Under the pieces are notes generated by a model. It was not told the origin of the DNA. It saw only the letters and a list, made by a program, of their open reading frames with translations, and did not search any database. From Octopus bimaculoides (lineage: Eukaryota), in the NCBI RefSeq assembly GCF_001194135.2, contig NC_068999.1, forward strand, positions 49,749,601 through 49,813,600: 64,000 bases of DNA, given 5' to 3'. A program made the position numbers and the translations under genes. Shown here piece by piece: positions 1 to 11,844 of the stretch (the stretch's first letter is position 1; every line of letters begins with the position of its first letter).

Positions 1-26
1 TTATTATTATTATTATTATTATTATT

Positions 27-185
27 AGCGACAAATTGCTTAGCGGCATTTCGTCTGCCGCTACGTTCTCAGTTCAAATTCCGCCGAAGCCGACTTTGCC
101 TTTTATACTTTGGAGGTCGATAAATTAAGTACCAGATGGACGCTGGGGATCGATGTAATCGCCACATCCCTTCCCCCAAAATGGC
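27..185 (+). mobile_element. tRNA-derived SINE, family B (5'-truncated)
   Basis: gcttagcggcatttcgtctgccgctacgttctcagttcaaattccgccga...gtcgataaattaagtaccag; the same body recurs at more than a dozen sites in the window. Confidence 0.85.
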
Positions 186-204
186 TTTAAATTTTTCCAC
201 AAGG

Positions 205-285
205 CCAGCCTGGTCCAGGATTCGAACTCACAAACTCCCGATCGTTAAGCTCGAAGCTCTAACCACTGAGCCATGCGCCTTCACT
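205..285 (-). mobile_element. tRNA-like SINE head, family D-type
   Basis: Reverse complement reads gtgaaggcgcatggctcagtggttagagc...gtgagttcgaatcc (A box and B box); matches heads at 58725 and 63362. Confidence 0.75.
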
Positions 286-290
286 ATTAC

Positions 291-341
<51 letters not shown>

Positions 342-348
342 CATTATC

Positions 349-382
<34 letters not shown>

Positions 383-441
383 TAATAATAATAATAATAA
401 TAATTATTATTATTATTATTATTATTGCTGCTGCTGCTGCT
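286..441. repeat. Compound (ATT)n/(AAT)n/(GCT)n microsatellite
   Basis: Directly visible trinucleotide runs; they generate the poly-I/N/Y ORFs. Confidence 0.95.
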
Positions 442-807
442 CTGAATTTTGTGATCTTTAGCACATAACACAGTATATTGTTTAAACGTGAGAACAACAA
501 CGGTAGCTGACTGCAATAGTATTGATTAACTACGACTGCGATGAAAAATAATTTTACAGATCTTGATAACTGGAACTGGCTCGTGTCTATAGTTACTGTT
601 TAAACTCTCTTCAACTCTTTTGCCAACTGAATCAAATACAAAACTGTATTCCTGTTTTTTTTTTTTTTTGGCGCATAGTAACTTCAGTGCCGACTGAGAT
701 ACGTATTTGAATATATTATATGTATATGTGTGTGTGATTGTGAGTGTGTGTACGTGTGCGTGGAGAGAGGGGGATGTATACACCCAGCATTGAGACAGGG
801 AGAAAGC

Positions 808-913
<106 letters not shown>

Positions 914-1613
914 GAGAGAGGAACCCACATATATTTTAAGAATTTGGCGACATCTCGTGGAAACAACAGATTTAAATAAACACTTTTACTTTTGTACTGA
1001 GTACTCCTTCTTCGGATCATTATAACAACATATATATATATATATATACAAATATAAGTGTGTGTATGTGTGTGTGTGTGTATGTGTGTGTATGTTTATA
1101 CGTATATATATACGCATATACACAGCGTTTTTAAATTATATATAATATACACACATACACAGATATATATAAATATAAATATGTGTGCGTCTGTGTGTGC
1201 ATATGCACGCGTGCGTGTGTGTACGCGTATACTTTGCAAATAACCTAAAGTGAATAAGAAATGAGATGTTATTGGAATTATAAATGTTTCAAGTAGATTC
1301 GATACAAGACTCTTATTTGAACACATTACCTTCAGCTTTGGAATCTCCTAGGATTTCGCTCCTTAGCTTCAAGGTAAAAGAAGTTCATCTTATGTAGTAT
1401 TTGTTTGTGTGTATATATATATATATATATATGTTTATTTATATTTTAAATGTCATTTCCAATGTGGTATTTTAGCTTTATCTCCTTACGCAGCATAGTT
1501 TCGCGCGTACGCATGCATGCATGCATATATGTATATATATATATATATATATGTAACAGAACCCAGTTTTATCTGATTACTTAACGAAACAAGTTCTGTT
1601 ATCTGCTTATATG

Positions 1614-1646
<33 letters not shown>

Positions 1647-2295
1647 AAAGAGCGGACTTATCTGATTACATAACAAATCTGCGATGCATATGTACGCATT
1701 TGTGATTCCGAAATAAGATTGATGAAATACTTGAGAGCAAAATATCTTATACATGACTTGTCAACGCTGATGGACTAAATATTCAATATCACACGGTATA
1801 TTTAATAGAGGTTACGAATAGAGAATGTACTTATGCAAGTGGGAAAGTAGCTGGCCTTTTGTAAGGAAGATTTATCAATAAAATGAATAGGAAAATATGG
1901 CGATATTTTCTTTTCTATTTCATGTGATATATTGGTTTCCTAATCCATTCCTGAAGACTTAATTAATCCCGTAAAATTCAATATATTCGGCTCAATAGAT
2001 TATGTAATGCATTCCCTTCATTTTAAAAGATTACTTGAAACATATCAGCATGTGTGTGTGCGCACGTAGGCATGTATATATGAACGTATGTGTGTGTGTG
2101 TGTGTATGTTAATGTTTGAATACGGCTACGTATAGTCGTCAAAGGATTGGTACTTCCGCATTTTTGTATACGAGTTAACGTGCATAAAGTGTGCATGCTG
2201 CATACATATACACATACAAAAGAATCCACACATATTCTTGTATTACTTCTGTTTCCTTTCCTTCCTCCACACTTCTTCCTTCATCTGTCTATCTA

Positions 2296-2333
2296 ACTTT
2301 CTGAAGACTAGCTTAAGCGCGAAACGTCGATGG
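2296..2333 (+). ncRNA. Degenerate minimal hammerhead-ribozyme-like motif
   Basis: CTGAAGA (2301-2307)...GAAA (2321-2324) cGTC with palindromic acgt stem III; stems I and II pair poorly. Confidence 0.3.
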
Positions 2334-2586
2334 GATTCCCACATTCTTAATCATTCAGAGAACATCAAATTAATAATCACACCTTCTTTTTCCCTTCATT
2401 CCATGTTTGTATGCTCATCGTAAAGAGTATTCACATATAATCGTATATAGCTTTACATCTGTGCTTCGAGATATATATTTCCAAATACGAATTATTTCAC
2501 GTCTCCCGAAGTTCATTAAATTCTTATGACGTCATCAGCATAAATTCTCATTGGTGAGAGCGTTTCTAAAATGGATAGAGAAATTC

Positions 2587-2660
2587 AGTTTGGTCCAATG
2601 GCAGAATGTCTGTGACATATACAGGAGACGTGGGCTCGAGTCCCACGAGTAGCTTTCGAC
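2587..2660 (+). mobile_element. tRNA-like SINE head fragment
   Basis: tggtccaatggcagaatg (A box-like) followed by gggctcgagtccc (B box-like). Confidence 0.5.
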
Positions 2661-2832
2661 AATTTCTATGCGTTCGAGAGTTCCTTTATTTTTTTATAGA
2701 ACCCCGCCACACTCGGCGTTTATAAGTTTGTTTACAAAACTTTCTCATGTGTGCGTGCATGTGTGTGTACATACATACATGAGCTTCCACACAGTTTCCG
2801 TCTACCAGATACACTCACAAGTCTTTATTTAG

Positions 2833-2889
2833 CTGACTATATTAGAAAATACTTACTCAAGGTACTACGCATTAAGACCGAACCCGAGA
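2833..2889 (+). CDS. Candidate internal exon (ADYIRKYLLKVLRIKTEPE) of a plus-strand gene
   Basis: tctttatttag acceptor, GTAAGA donor, open phase 1-1, phase-compatible with 3279-3326. Confidence 0.25.
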
Positions 2890-3278
2890 GTAAGAGCTGG
2901 CAAAGTAAGATAGTTAACCACACTGACATGCCTGTAATTATCTAAACAAAAGCTAAAAGGAAGAATTACGAATTTCTAATATCACTTAAGTTTCTGCAAA
3001 TACAATGCTACTGAACCAGAAACGATTTTGCTACCATATTTAATTCGAGATGATATTAGTGTAAAAAATCTCAAAATGAGTGACTCATTGAGTTGGTTGC
3101 AATATTAATCGAAGTGCCGTTTATACACGTTTGACGACGCTTGATTTGACACCGATATTTTTTCCACGGAGAAGAGGTCGGATAAGATATGTGACTATAA
3201 AATAAACGAGAGAGACAACCGCAACAAATATGAATTATTAACATTCCACCAGTCAACAACAAGAATTTATTTACGCAG

Positions 3279-3326
3279 GTTATTGTAATTTCAATGCGAC
3301 AAACATGGAAGACGGCAAGTACGCTG
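3279..3326 (+). CDS. Candidate exon (YCNFNATNMEDGKYA) of a plus-strand gene
   Basis: atttatttacgcag acceptor, GTACTT donor (moderate), 48 nt open phase 1-1. Confidence 0.4.
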
Positions 3327-3917
3327 GTACTTGTTAAATATATATTATCGTCATTTTTCTCTGTGAGATTGTTAGCTCGAATGTAATAAACCAGTTTGTA
3401 AGGTACAGAGTGAATTACTATTATTATTTAACAATGTTAACTTTGAATCGTCTTTTTAATACGTAGTTAATATCTTTTGTATTTAATATCTGTAATTCTA
3501 ATGTTATTCGTAGAAAAATTTGAGAAATGAAAGAAACTTTTAAAAAATTCTAGCTAAATCCGTCCAAGTAATATGCCAAAAATCCTATTGCAGAGAAGAT
3601 TAAATTTTTACCGATGCTTTTTGTTTTAACATATTTCGATATATATTATTTAGTCTGTCTTTCCTTTTAATTATTTACATATCTTTGTTTTTATATTGAA
3701 TCATTATGGGATTTATGAATATTTAAATATTCATATTAAAAGCCTCTTAAACTTATTCCATTCATTTAATAAATAGATATTCTTATCTTTTTCTTGTCTT
3801 TAGGCTTGTTTGAGCTGCATCAAAAAACGATGCTTACCTTCAACTACAAATGTGATGCAAAATTGATTGTTTACTAAATAAAAGCATGTCTCATATTTAA
3901 AAGTTATCAACAAAAGA

Positions 3918-3952
3918 ATCACATGGTTCCGGGTTCAGTCCCACTGCGTGGC
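3918..3952 (+). mobile_element. SINE family A fragment
   Basis: atcacatggttccgggttcagtcccactgcgtggc, nearly identical to copies at 32945, 50935 and 54139. Confidence 0.8.
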
Positions 3953-4148
3953 TTTGATTAAAAGAAGATACAGGAGGATCAATTGATTATGATTTTACTC
4001 AACATATTCCCCCTCTCAGATTCACACACTTATTGCAGCAGTCCTTCAGTTTTTCTAAGCCCTGTAAATTAACTCGGAAATTTGGGCATCCGACCACCCG
4101 GCTTTTAGCGATACCCTTAAAGACACAAACTTTTCAGTACCTTTCGTT
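3949..4148 (-). mobile_element. Internally deleted mariner element (MITE-like), one end truncated
   Basis: Minus strand 4061-3995 encodes GLEKLKDCCNKCVNLRGEYVE*, the mariner transposase C-terminal motif; 4127-4148 resembles the mariner end at 24791-24813. Confidence 0.8.
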
Positions 4149-4525
4149 GTTCGAAATAGTTCATGTTCCAAGAATTCCATATTTGTTCACCTCTCACTTC
4201 AGTTTTCTGTATATCTCTCTCTTTTGTATGATATGCATAACGAAATTTAGCTTTCCATTTTTCGACCTAATACATTTCATCTGCTTGGACTGTTTCATTT
4301 CTTCTGGTATTCTACCGTATAGTAAATTCATATCTTATTGTATTATAATACATTATACTATATTCTAAATTGAAATAAATGCTGCAGGTTCTTATAAAGT
4401 ATTTTTCAAATAGTAAGAAATGAACTCTGACTAATATGCTTGTTTTATGTCAGTTGCCTATTTAGTTAACTAAAATATTGAAATACACACACATACATAC
4501 GCACACACACATATGAATATGCATT

Positions 4526-4561
<36 letters not shown>

Positions 4562-4994
4562 NNNNNNNNNNNNNNNNNNNNNNNNNNNNNNNNNNNNNNN
4601 NNNNNNNNNNNNNNNNNNNNNNNNNNNNNNNNNNNNNNNNNNNNNNNNNNNNNNNNNNNNNNNNNNNNNNNNNNNNNNNNNNNNNNNNNNNNNNNNNNNN
4701 NNNNNNNNNNNNNNNNNNNNNNNNNNNNNNNNNNNNNNNNNNNNNNNNNNNNNNNNNNNNNNNNNNNNNNNNNNNNNNNNNNNNNNNNNNNNNNNNNNNN
4801 NNNNNNNATATATATGAATATGTAGATATACTAACAGATAGATACCTATGCGCATATATGTATATACACATATATATGCACACACAGAATATATTTATAT
4901 ATATGTACATAAGTATCTCTCTCTCTATACGCACACACACATACGCACACACATACACATCTATATATATATATACATATATAAATAAATAAAT

Positions 4995-5051
<57 letters not shown>

Positions 5052-5380
5052 ATGTATGTATGTATGCATGTAAATTAATTTTCTGTAGAAGCGAAGAATG
5101 ATTATTTTCCTATTTAATTCATTAGAACGATCTTTGAAATTAAAAGTAAATATCTTGGAGACTATGAAAAGAAAACGCAATGCATATCAATAGATTTTCA
5201 GAAACTACGTTATCATTATAAAAATATTAATATCTTTTTCTTTGGAACTTTTTCAGTTCCTTCCCCCTACACGCACATAACATAAAATTCGGATGCAGTA
5301 ATGTATAATGAACTCATTATTTCAATTAATTTGTAAATGAATGTAAGTATATATTCGTGTGCATATATATATATATATAT

Positions 5381-5433
<53 letters not shown>

Positions 5434-5989
5434 NNNNNNNNNNNNNNNNNNNNNNNNNNNNNNNNNNNNNNNNNNNNNNNNNNNNNNNNNNNNNNNNNNN
5501 NNNNNNNNNNNNNNNNNNNNNNNNNNNNNNNNNNNNNNNNNNNNNNNNNNNNNNNNNNNNNNNNNNNNNNNNNNNNNNNNNNNNNNNNNNNNNNNNNNNN
5601 NNNNNNNNNNNNNNNNNNNNNNNNNNNNNNNNNNNNNNNNNNNNNNNNNNNNNNNNNNNNNNNNNNNNNNNNNNNNNNNNNNNNNNNNNNNNNNNNNNNN
5701 NNNNNNNNNNNNNNNNNNNNNNNNNNNNNNNNNNNNNNNNNNNNNNNNNNNNNNNNNNNNNNNNNNNNNNNNNNNNNNNNNNNNNNNNNNNNNNNNNNNN
5801 NNNNNNNNNNNNNNNNNNNNNNNNNNNNNNNNNNNNNNNNNNNNNNNNNNNNNNNNNNNNNNNNNNNNNNNNNNNNNNNNNNNNNNNNNNNNNNNNNNNN
5901 NNNNNNNNNNNNNNNNNNNNNNNNNNNNNNNNNNNNNNNNNNNNNNNNNNNNNNNNNNNNNNNNNNNNNNNNNNNNNNNNNNNNNNNNA

Positions 5990-6023
5990 TAGATAAATAG
6001 ATAGATAGATAGATAGATTGATT

Positions 6024-6073
<50 letters not shown>

Positions 6074-6078
6074 CAGAC
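5990..6078. repeat. (TAGA)n microsatellite
   Basis: Directly visible. Confidence 0.95.
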
Positions 6079-6270
6079 ATATATGGAAATATATTTATGT
6101 AGTCATGTTTATACTTTGAATAAATGTGCTATAATATATCTATATATACATACATACATGCATATATGCACATATACATATATCTACATATCTATACATA
6201 TACATACACACACATATATATGCATTTATGCATGTATGCTTACATATGTATGTGTGTGTGTGCGTGTGTG

Positions 6271-6307
<37 letters not shown>

Positions 6308-6661
6308 CATTTATGCAAATGCACAAATTCTCGATAATTATTATGCACGAAAACATTTAAATGTTTTCTTTGAAAAGGCAGTGCAGAATTCAATTTATAA
6401 ATAAACCGTTAGAGTTAATTTACAGAATTCGATTTAAAAAGCGGGCATACATGCCTTTTACAAACGACATTGCTTATACTTGAAAATCAAGATTCCAAAC
6501 TGCAGTAATGATTCGTCTCTACTCCTTAACCGTTAGTTCTCTTTAAGAAATTGCACACTTTGCAAGTATATGTTTTGGGATCCCACATTAGGCAATGGAT
6601 AACCGATTCCCCTGTATTTTATGTCCTCTGAACCTGAGTGTGTATTCTTTGATTGACACAG

Positions 6662-6747
6662 GTATTGAACCCATGCCAGACACAAAAATTGCGATGGTCA
6701 CGAATGTAATACATTTTGTCTGCTGTGTTGGCATGATCTGGATCTAA
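6662..6747 (+). CDS. Candidate terminal exon (IEPMPDTKIAMVTNVIHFVCCVGMIWI*), hydrophobic C-terminus
   Basis: ttctttgattgacacag acceptor, phase 1 start compatible with 3279-3326, ends in TAA. Confidence 0.4.
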
Positions 6748-6824
6748 ATATCAACACCAGCAACAGACATAATCGTCTGTAATTCGCCACTCGCTACATC
6801 ACTCCCCATCTCTATATCTTTATA

Positions 6825-6859
<35 letters not shown>

Positions 6860-6989
6860 NNNNNNNNNNNNNNNNNNNNNNNNNNNNNNNNNNNNNNNNN
6901 NNNNNNNNNNNNNNNNNNNNNNNNNNNNNNNNNNNNNNNNNNNNNNNNNNNNNNNNNNNNNNNNATATAGTGTGTGCGTGTGTTTCTTG

Positions 6990-7125
6990 ACAACCGGTTT
7001 TGGTAACGTACCTGTTTGCTAAAAAGCCCTATGAAGCAAGCATCATACTTCTTAGTTCCACGGTGGATTTGTTCGACTAAATCCTTCAAGGTAGTGCCCC
7101 AGCATGGCCGCAGTGAAATTAAAGC
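6990..7125 (+). mobile_element. Degenerate SINE module C
   Basis: ttgacaaccg...gatttgttcgactaaa...ccagcatggccgcagt matches 28590-28772 and 39960-40170. Confidence 0.7.
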
Positions 7126-7854
7126 AAATATAGAAGATGAAAGATGAACACCAAAATAGGCTGGAGTTAAAGAAGAATCGTGGCAAATGTCTGTGACAAG
7201 CTTTAACTATAACCGAAGAAGTAACAATCTATAATAAGCAACATCGACAATTCTAACACCTNNNNNNNNNNCCGAAGAAGTAACAATCTATAATAAGCAA
7301 CATCGACAATTCTAACACCTGCCATAGAAGATCACACGTTACCTTCGCAACTGTAAACAGTAAAGTTAAACTCTTTACACCATGAAGATTTGATTATGAA
7401 ACACTTCCAAAATCAGTCGCCAAATATCACAGAAACGAAAAAGAAATAGAATCCACTCATCTTCTAACACACACACACACACATTTTTCACCAAATCCAT
7501 ATTTCGGTGTATTCTTTCGATCAGATACGAGAAAACCAATAGGGAAAAATTTAATCTCTCAAAAACTGCTAGAAAAAGATAACATTTCAAAAATTTACTC
7601 GTAACACTAAATAACTAACATTTCCAACTAACTGCTGTCGACACAGTCAAATACAAAGAATTTCGAAACTACGCTAGATTATAATTTTCTAAAGAATTTA
7701 TCTCCAGCTCAAGCGAAGCTGTTTCCATGTTATGCTGCCACGGGGGTACGATGCTGGCGTGATCTCTCCAGGGTGCATATCTGGGTGAGGTTATATGGAA
7801 AACAAACTGTTGTCAATGTAGAAAAAAAAAACTGGGACTCCGTCAGTTTCGACG

Positions 7855-8065
7855 AAAAGGTTTCCAGTTGATACGACGAACGGAATAGCCTGCTCGTGAA
7901 ATTAACGTGCAAGCCGCTGAGTACTCCACAGACACGCGTACCCTTAACGTAGTTCTCAGGGAGATTCAGCATGACACTGATTGTGACAAGGCTGGCCCTT
8001 TGAATTACAGGTGCAACTCATTTTTGCTCGGTGAATGAGGTGGAGCAACATGAAAAAGTGGCACA
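7855..8065 (-). mobile_element. SINE family D with tail E
   Basis: Reverse complement matches 58820-58980 (gctgaatctccctgagaactacgtt...gtggagtgctcagccacttgcacgttaatttc). Confidence 0.8.
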
Positions 8066-9330
8066 ACATACAATTGTGATATAGTAACTGATTGTCGATA
8101 TAAATATCTGACAGATTCTCCTCTCCGACTTACAACATGAATTTAGGCCACTATACCCAGCCATTGCAGTAATCCCAACACTATATAGCATATATCACGA
8201 CTTTAACAGCCAACATTCTCTACATACTGTAGTTTACTATGAACTGTGGCAAAATATTGAACCTCATTCTTCAATGCTCAATGGAAAACAAATTACTTAC
8301 CAAAGAAACTAATTTAAACGAGATATCTAAATATCACTTCGACAGCACTATGAAGATTAAAATAACGATTCAACTAGAATCTGCATTTTATCAAACTGTG
8401 TAAAATAACGATCTGCTATCTCACACGTTTTGTTGGTTTTATCTACACAATTTGTTCATCCCATCACTTGACGTAACATATACGCCAGCTTGTACGTATA
8501 GAATATTCGAATTATCCATATTTTTGCAAGCTTTTCTAACTTTACATTAACCACGCATAAACGCAGTTCCAAATAAATAGACTAAACGTATCACCTACCA
8601 AATTGAACATCTCTCTCTTAAACAGCAATATCGAGAAACGACAGATAAAAACCAATCATTATACTCAGTCACATAACATTGCAGCCATATAGAATAGAGA
8701 GTTACAAGGAATTAAGTAGAACACAGTAGCAATAACTATCACGGCACACGCAAAAGACACGCTAGAGAACAACTCTAGCGCACAAATAATATATTAGATG
8801 CATCATAGTTAATTCCAGTCCTGTTTGAGTTTTAGTCTCCCTACAAGAATCGATAAAGAACACAAGTATTATATGTTTTATTATTACAAGCTAAAACCAA
8901 ACTATAGCTACTGATCATCTTCACAAAAGAATAAAATACCCGCCTGGACATGCAACGGACACAGCATATTACTGCATTAAGTTCTAAGTTTTACATTCTT
9001 CACTACCTCTATACGTACATTAGTTTAAATGTTCGGAGATTTCATAATGCTATTAAAACGCCACCTTCGTTAACTTCTTCCTGTATTTCTACTCAATTCA
9101 GATATACATGGAAAACTTAAACACGCAAGATAGCATCAGAACCAACACGCCAATTAGTTGTGAATGATGTACTGCTAAACATCGTGGAGAAGCAACTATC
9201 GTACCCCGATTAAGAATACTTTTTGAACTTTTTTTTTTTCGGAATCTAATGACTTTTACAAATACAGAGAAGGTAGATGGAAAAAAATTCGAAATATACA
9301 GATACCGAGAGGAGACGTGTAGCTTAGTGG

Positions 9331-9372
9331 TTAGGGTTAGGGTTAGGGTTAGGGTTAGGGTTAGGGTTAGGG
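9331..9372 (+). repeat. Interstitial telomere-type repeat (TTAGGG)7
   Basis: Seven perfect TTAGGG units counted. Confidence 0.95.
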
Positions 9373-9519
9373 TGTTGGACTCATGGTCTTAAGACTGTGG
9401 TTTCAGTTCCTGCACCGGGCGATTTGTTGTGTTCTTGAGCAAAACACTTCATTTTACGTTGCTCCAGTCCACTCAGCTGGCAAATATGACTAATCTTGCA
9501 ACGGACAGGCATCCCGTCC

Positions 9520-9821
9520 GCAAATTTTTTTTCCCACGAGAGTTCCGGACCTCATTTGCATACAGCCAATCAGAGCTCAACTATCAAACTAATTTATTTA
9601 TGAGCACATAACAAGTGATGGGCGATAAGATAAGATCACTTGGGTAAGGAATGACCATGCTTCTTTTTCTTTTAATACTGCTTGTTCTTGTTTCAACCAT
9701 GGCTGCCTCTGCGTTATGTTGGGCTTTCTTGACAACAAGGTCAAGGTGAGTTCTGATTGGTTGTATGCAAATGAGTTCATAACTGAAGTCGGGAACTCTT
9801 GAGGGAGAAAAAAAATTTCGC
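9520..9821. mobile_element. MITE / non-autonomous DNA transposon with ~60-75 bp imperfect TIRs
   Basis: 9520-9581 is the reverse complement of 9748-9821 apart from a short indel; flanked by tcccgtcc at 9512-9519 and 9823-9830 (8-9 bp TSD). Confidence 0.85.
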
Positions 9822-10721
9822 GTCCCGTCCAGGTGGGGAATTTATATGCCATGGAAACCGGGAAACCGATCCTTGTGCATCGGCATGACTCTGGAAGTAA
9901 CCTCATTACTTTACTACCTACAGATATCGACATAGAACCCTGAAAACTAAACCACAGTATGTTAAAATGCAAAGAAGATCTCTCCATCTGGAAGACGCAT
10001 AATATATACGTATCAGTTAATGCGTCGCATCATGCCTGACCTAAGGTTAACCAACAATAAGAACAAACTTTTACATCTTTTTTTTATATTTCACATATTG
10101 AACTACCGTCTTTAAATAACCCTGCACCAGCAGCAATTAATCTATTCATTTGGTTTTGGTATCATCATTGGATGCGACATGAATTAACCAAGTTGTTGAA
10201 TGATTTCTATGTGGCATTACGAGAGATAAGTTTTGGCATTCTGCTGTAATACATCAAGCTCAACTACGCGAAAGTCGTTCCCGAGAAGGGCATAAATATT
10301 TCGTCCCCTATTACATTTAATCATCAGGATTCTCCATTACTGAATAATTTCGGTAGAAAAAAATATTTACAACATTTCTGTTTTAACTGATTCTATAGTT
10401 TTATGACTAAACTATAAATCATTTTCATATTGAATTAGCAAAATATTAAAAGTTATCCTTGAATGAAGGAGATACAGAAATCTCTTCATGATACGTGAGA
10501 TAATTTAGACTGTCATCTTCAAGCATAGAAGCCATAAACTACAATCATATTAACTGTGAAAATATACACAGCCATCTTTAAAAGTGGGGATCTATAGCGA
10601 TATACCTAAAGTGAAAGCACGAAGATGAATATAAAATAACACTTATCTTGTTGAAACAAAGCTAGTAGTGTTTTATTTTTCTCGTTAATTTTTATATACT
10701 ATCACTATGCTTATTTATTCT

Positions 10722-10835
10722 TTATTCTTGATATATATCTTTATCACGTGAGATAGTCACACGCTGATCTGTCTGAAACAAATGTAGACCACCATTTTCG
10801 AATATTTTGACACGAACGCTTCTTTCTTTATCATC
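10722..10835 (-). CDS. Candidate terminal exon of gene B (DDKERSVRVKIFENGGLHLFQTDQRVTISRDKDIYQE*)
   Basis: atatttttacag acceptor, 37 codons to TAA in phase 0, AATAAA at and just after the stop; the phase-2 frame is also open, so the frame is not proven. Confidence 0.4.
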   Translation of the reverse strand, partial: DDKERSVRVKIFENGGLHLFQTDQRVTISRDKDIYQE

Positions 10836-11369
10836 CTGTAAAAATATGCGATATTCACAGAAATGTCATCAACCCAACAATAAATTTTCAGTGTATTTTG
10901 TATTCTATAGTGAGCAACGAACAGCAGAAGGCAAAATACCCAGCAATCCGAATCACCTTTAGATTGAGTTTCTCTTATCATTCATGTTAAATAACCTGGG
11001 AGAAAAAGTGTCAACAAAGAAGCCACAATGTGCCAATATGGTCCCTTAACCTAAAAATAATAGGAACCACTTCTACTTTAAATCATATCTTGTTATCTTC
11101 AGTAAAAGAACACAAGAAAAAGATAGGATTCTGAAACTTTTCCATCTTGGCGATAGTGCTGGCCTGGGAATAAACGACAAAATATTTGGCACCACGTTAA
11201 TAATTGGTCTTTGCTTAAGACACTTGATTACAAAACGTAAATCACGTGATTTTATTGTGCAAGGTTATGACTGCCATCTTGATTTATCTAATATCACATT
11301 TTAAAAGTTTCCACTAAAATTTGTTAAAGAATTTATGACAATGTCGGTTTGTTTACATCCCTGTAACTA

Positions 11370-11500
11370 GCATTTCGGCAAGACAGAAGATAGGATAAGA
11401 ACCAGACTTATAAGATATGTACTGGGGTCGATTTGATCAAATAAACCCTTCAATGCACTGCTCCAGCAAGGCCGCATTGTAATGCTTGAAACAAGTAAAA
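11370..11500 (+). mobile_element. Degenerate SINE module C
   Basis: tcggcaa...tactggggtcgatttg...tgctccagcaaggccgca...gaaacaagtaaaa. Confidence 0.7.
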
Positions 11501-11629
11501 CAAAGAGAAAAAGTGTATATTCTGATTTGTTACCAACCATTAATTAGTTGTCTTTATATTCTTATACACTGATCAAATATTACCGAATATATTTATCGAT
11601 AAATGTAATCTTTAGATTTAATCTTTTTG

Positions 11630-11735
11630 CGTGCTGCAGTCATTAGACTGCAGTCCTGCTGGAGCATTGCCTACAAGGTATTATATCGGTCTCTTTTGCC
11701 GATCAACACCGGCTGTCAAGCGGTGGGCTAACACA
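11630..11735 (-). mobile_element. Internally deleted SINE module C
   Basis: Reverse complement: cgcttgacagccggtgttgatcggcaaaagagaccgata...tgctccagcaggactgcagtc. Confidence 0.7.
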
Positions 11736-11813
11736 AGCATAAACACACACACACACATGTACACGTATAAACACATACATATACACGCATATATACATAT
11801 ATANNNNNNNNNN

Positions 11814-11844
<31 letters not shown>

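Larger units (their letters stand above)
9311..9895 (+). mobile_element. SINE family D interrupted by a TTAGGG expansion and a MITE
   Basis: Head gtagcttagtggttagggt...ttgagcaaaacacttcattttacgttgctccagtccactcagctggcaaa matches 58725-58860; sequence resumes after 9821. Confidence 0.85.

Noticed and set aside
7213-7320. 49-bp direct duplication
   Set aside because: The copies sit either side of a 10-N gap: overlapping contig ends, an assembly artefact. The same pattern occurs around 29603-29612
7343-7350. 8-nt minus-strand microexon with good splice sites
   Set aside because: Lies beyond the putative end of gene B and cannot be linked to anything
10283-10335. CTGATGA...GAAA hammerhead-like motif on the minus strand
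   Set aside because: Stem I and stem II do not pair. Similar partial cores near 2532, 20027 and 30927 also fail
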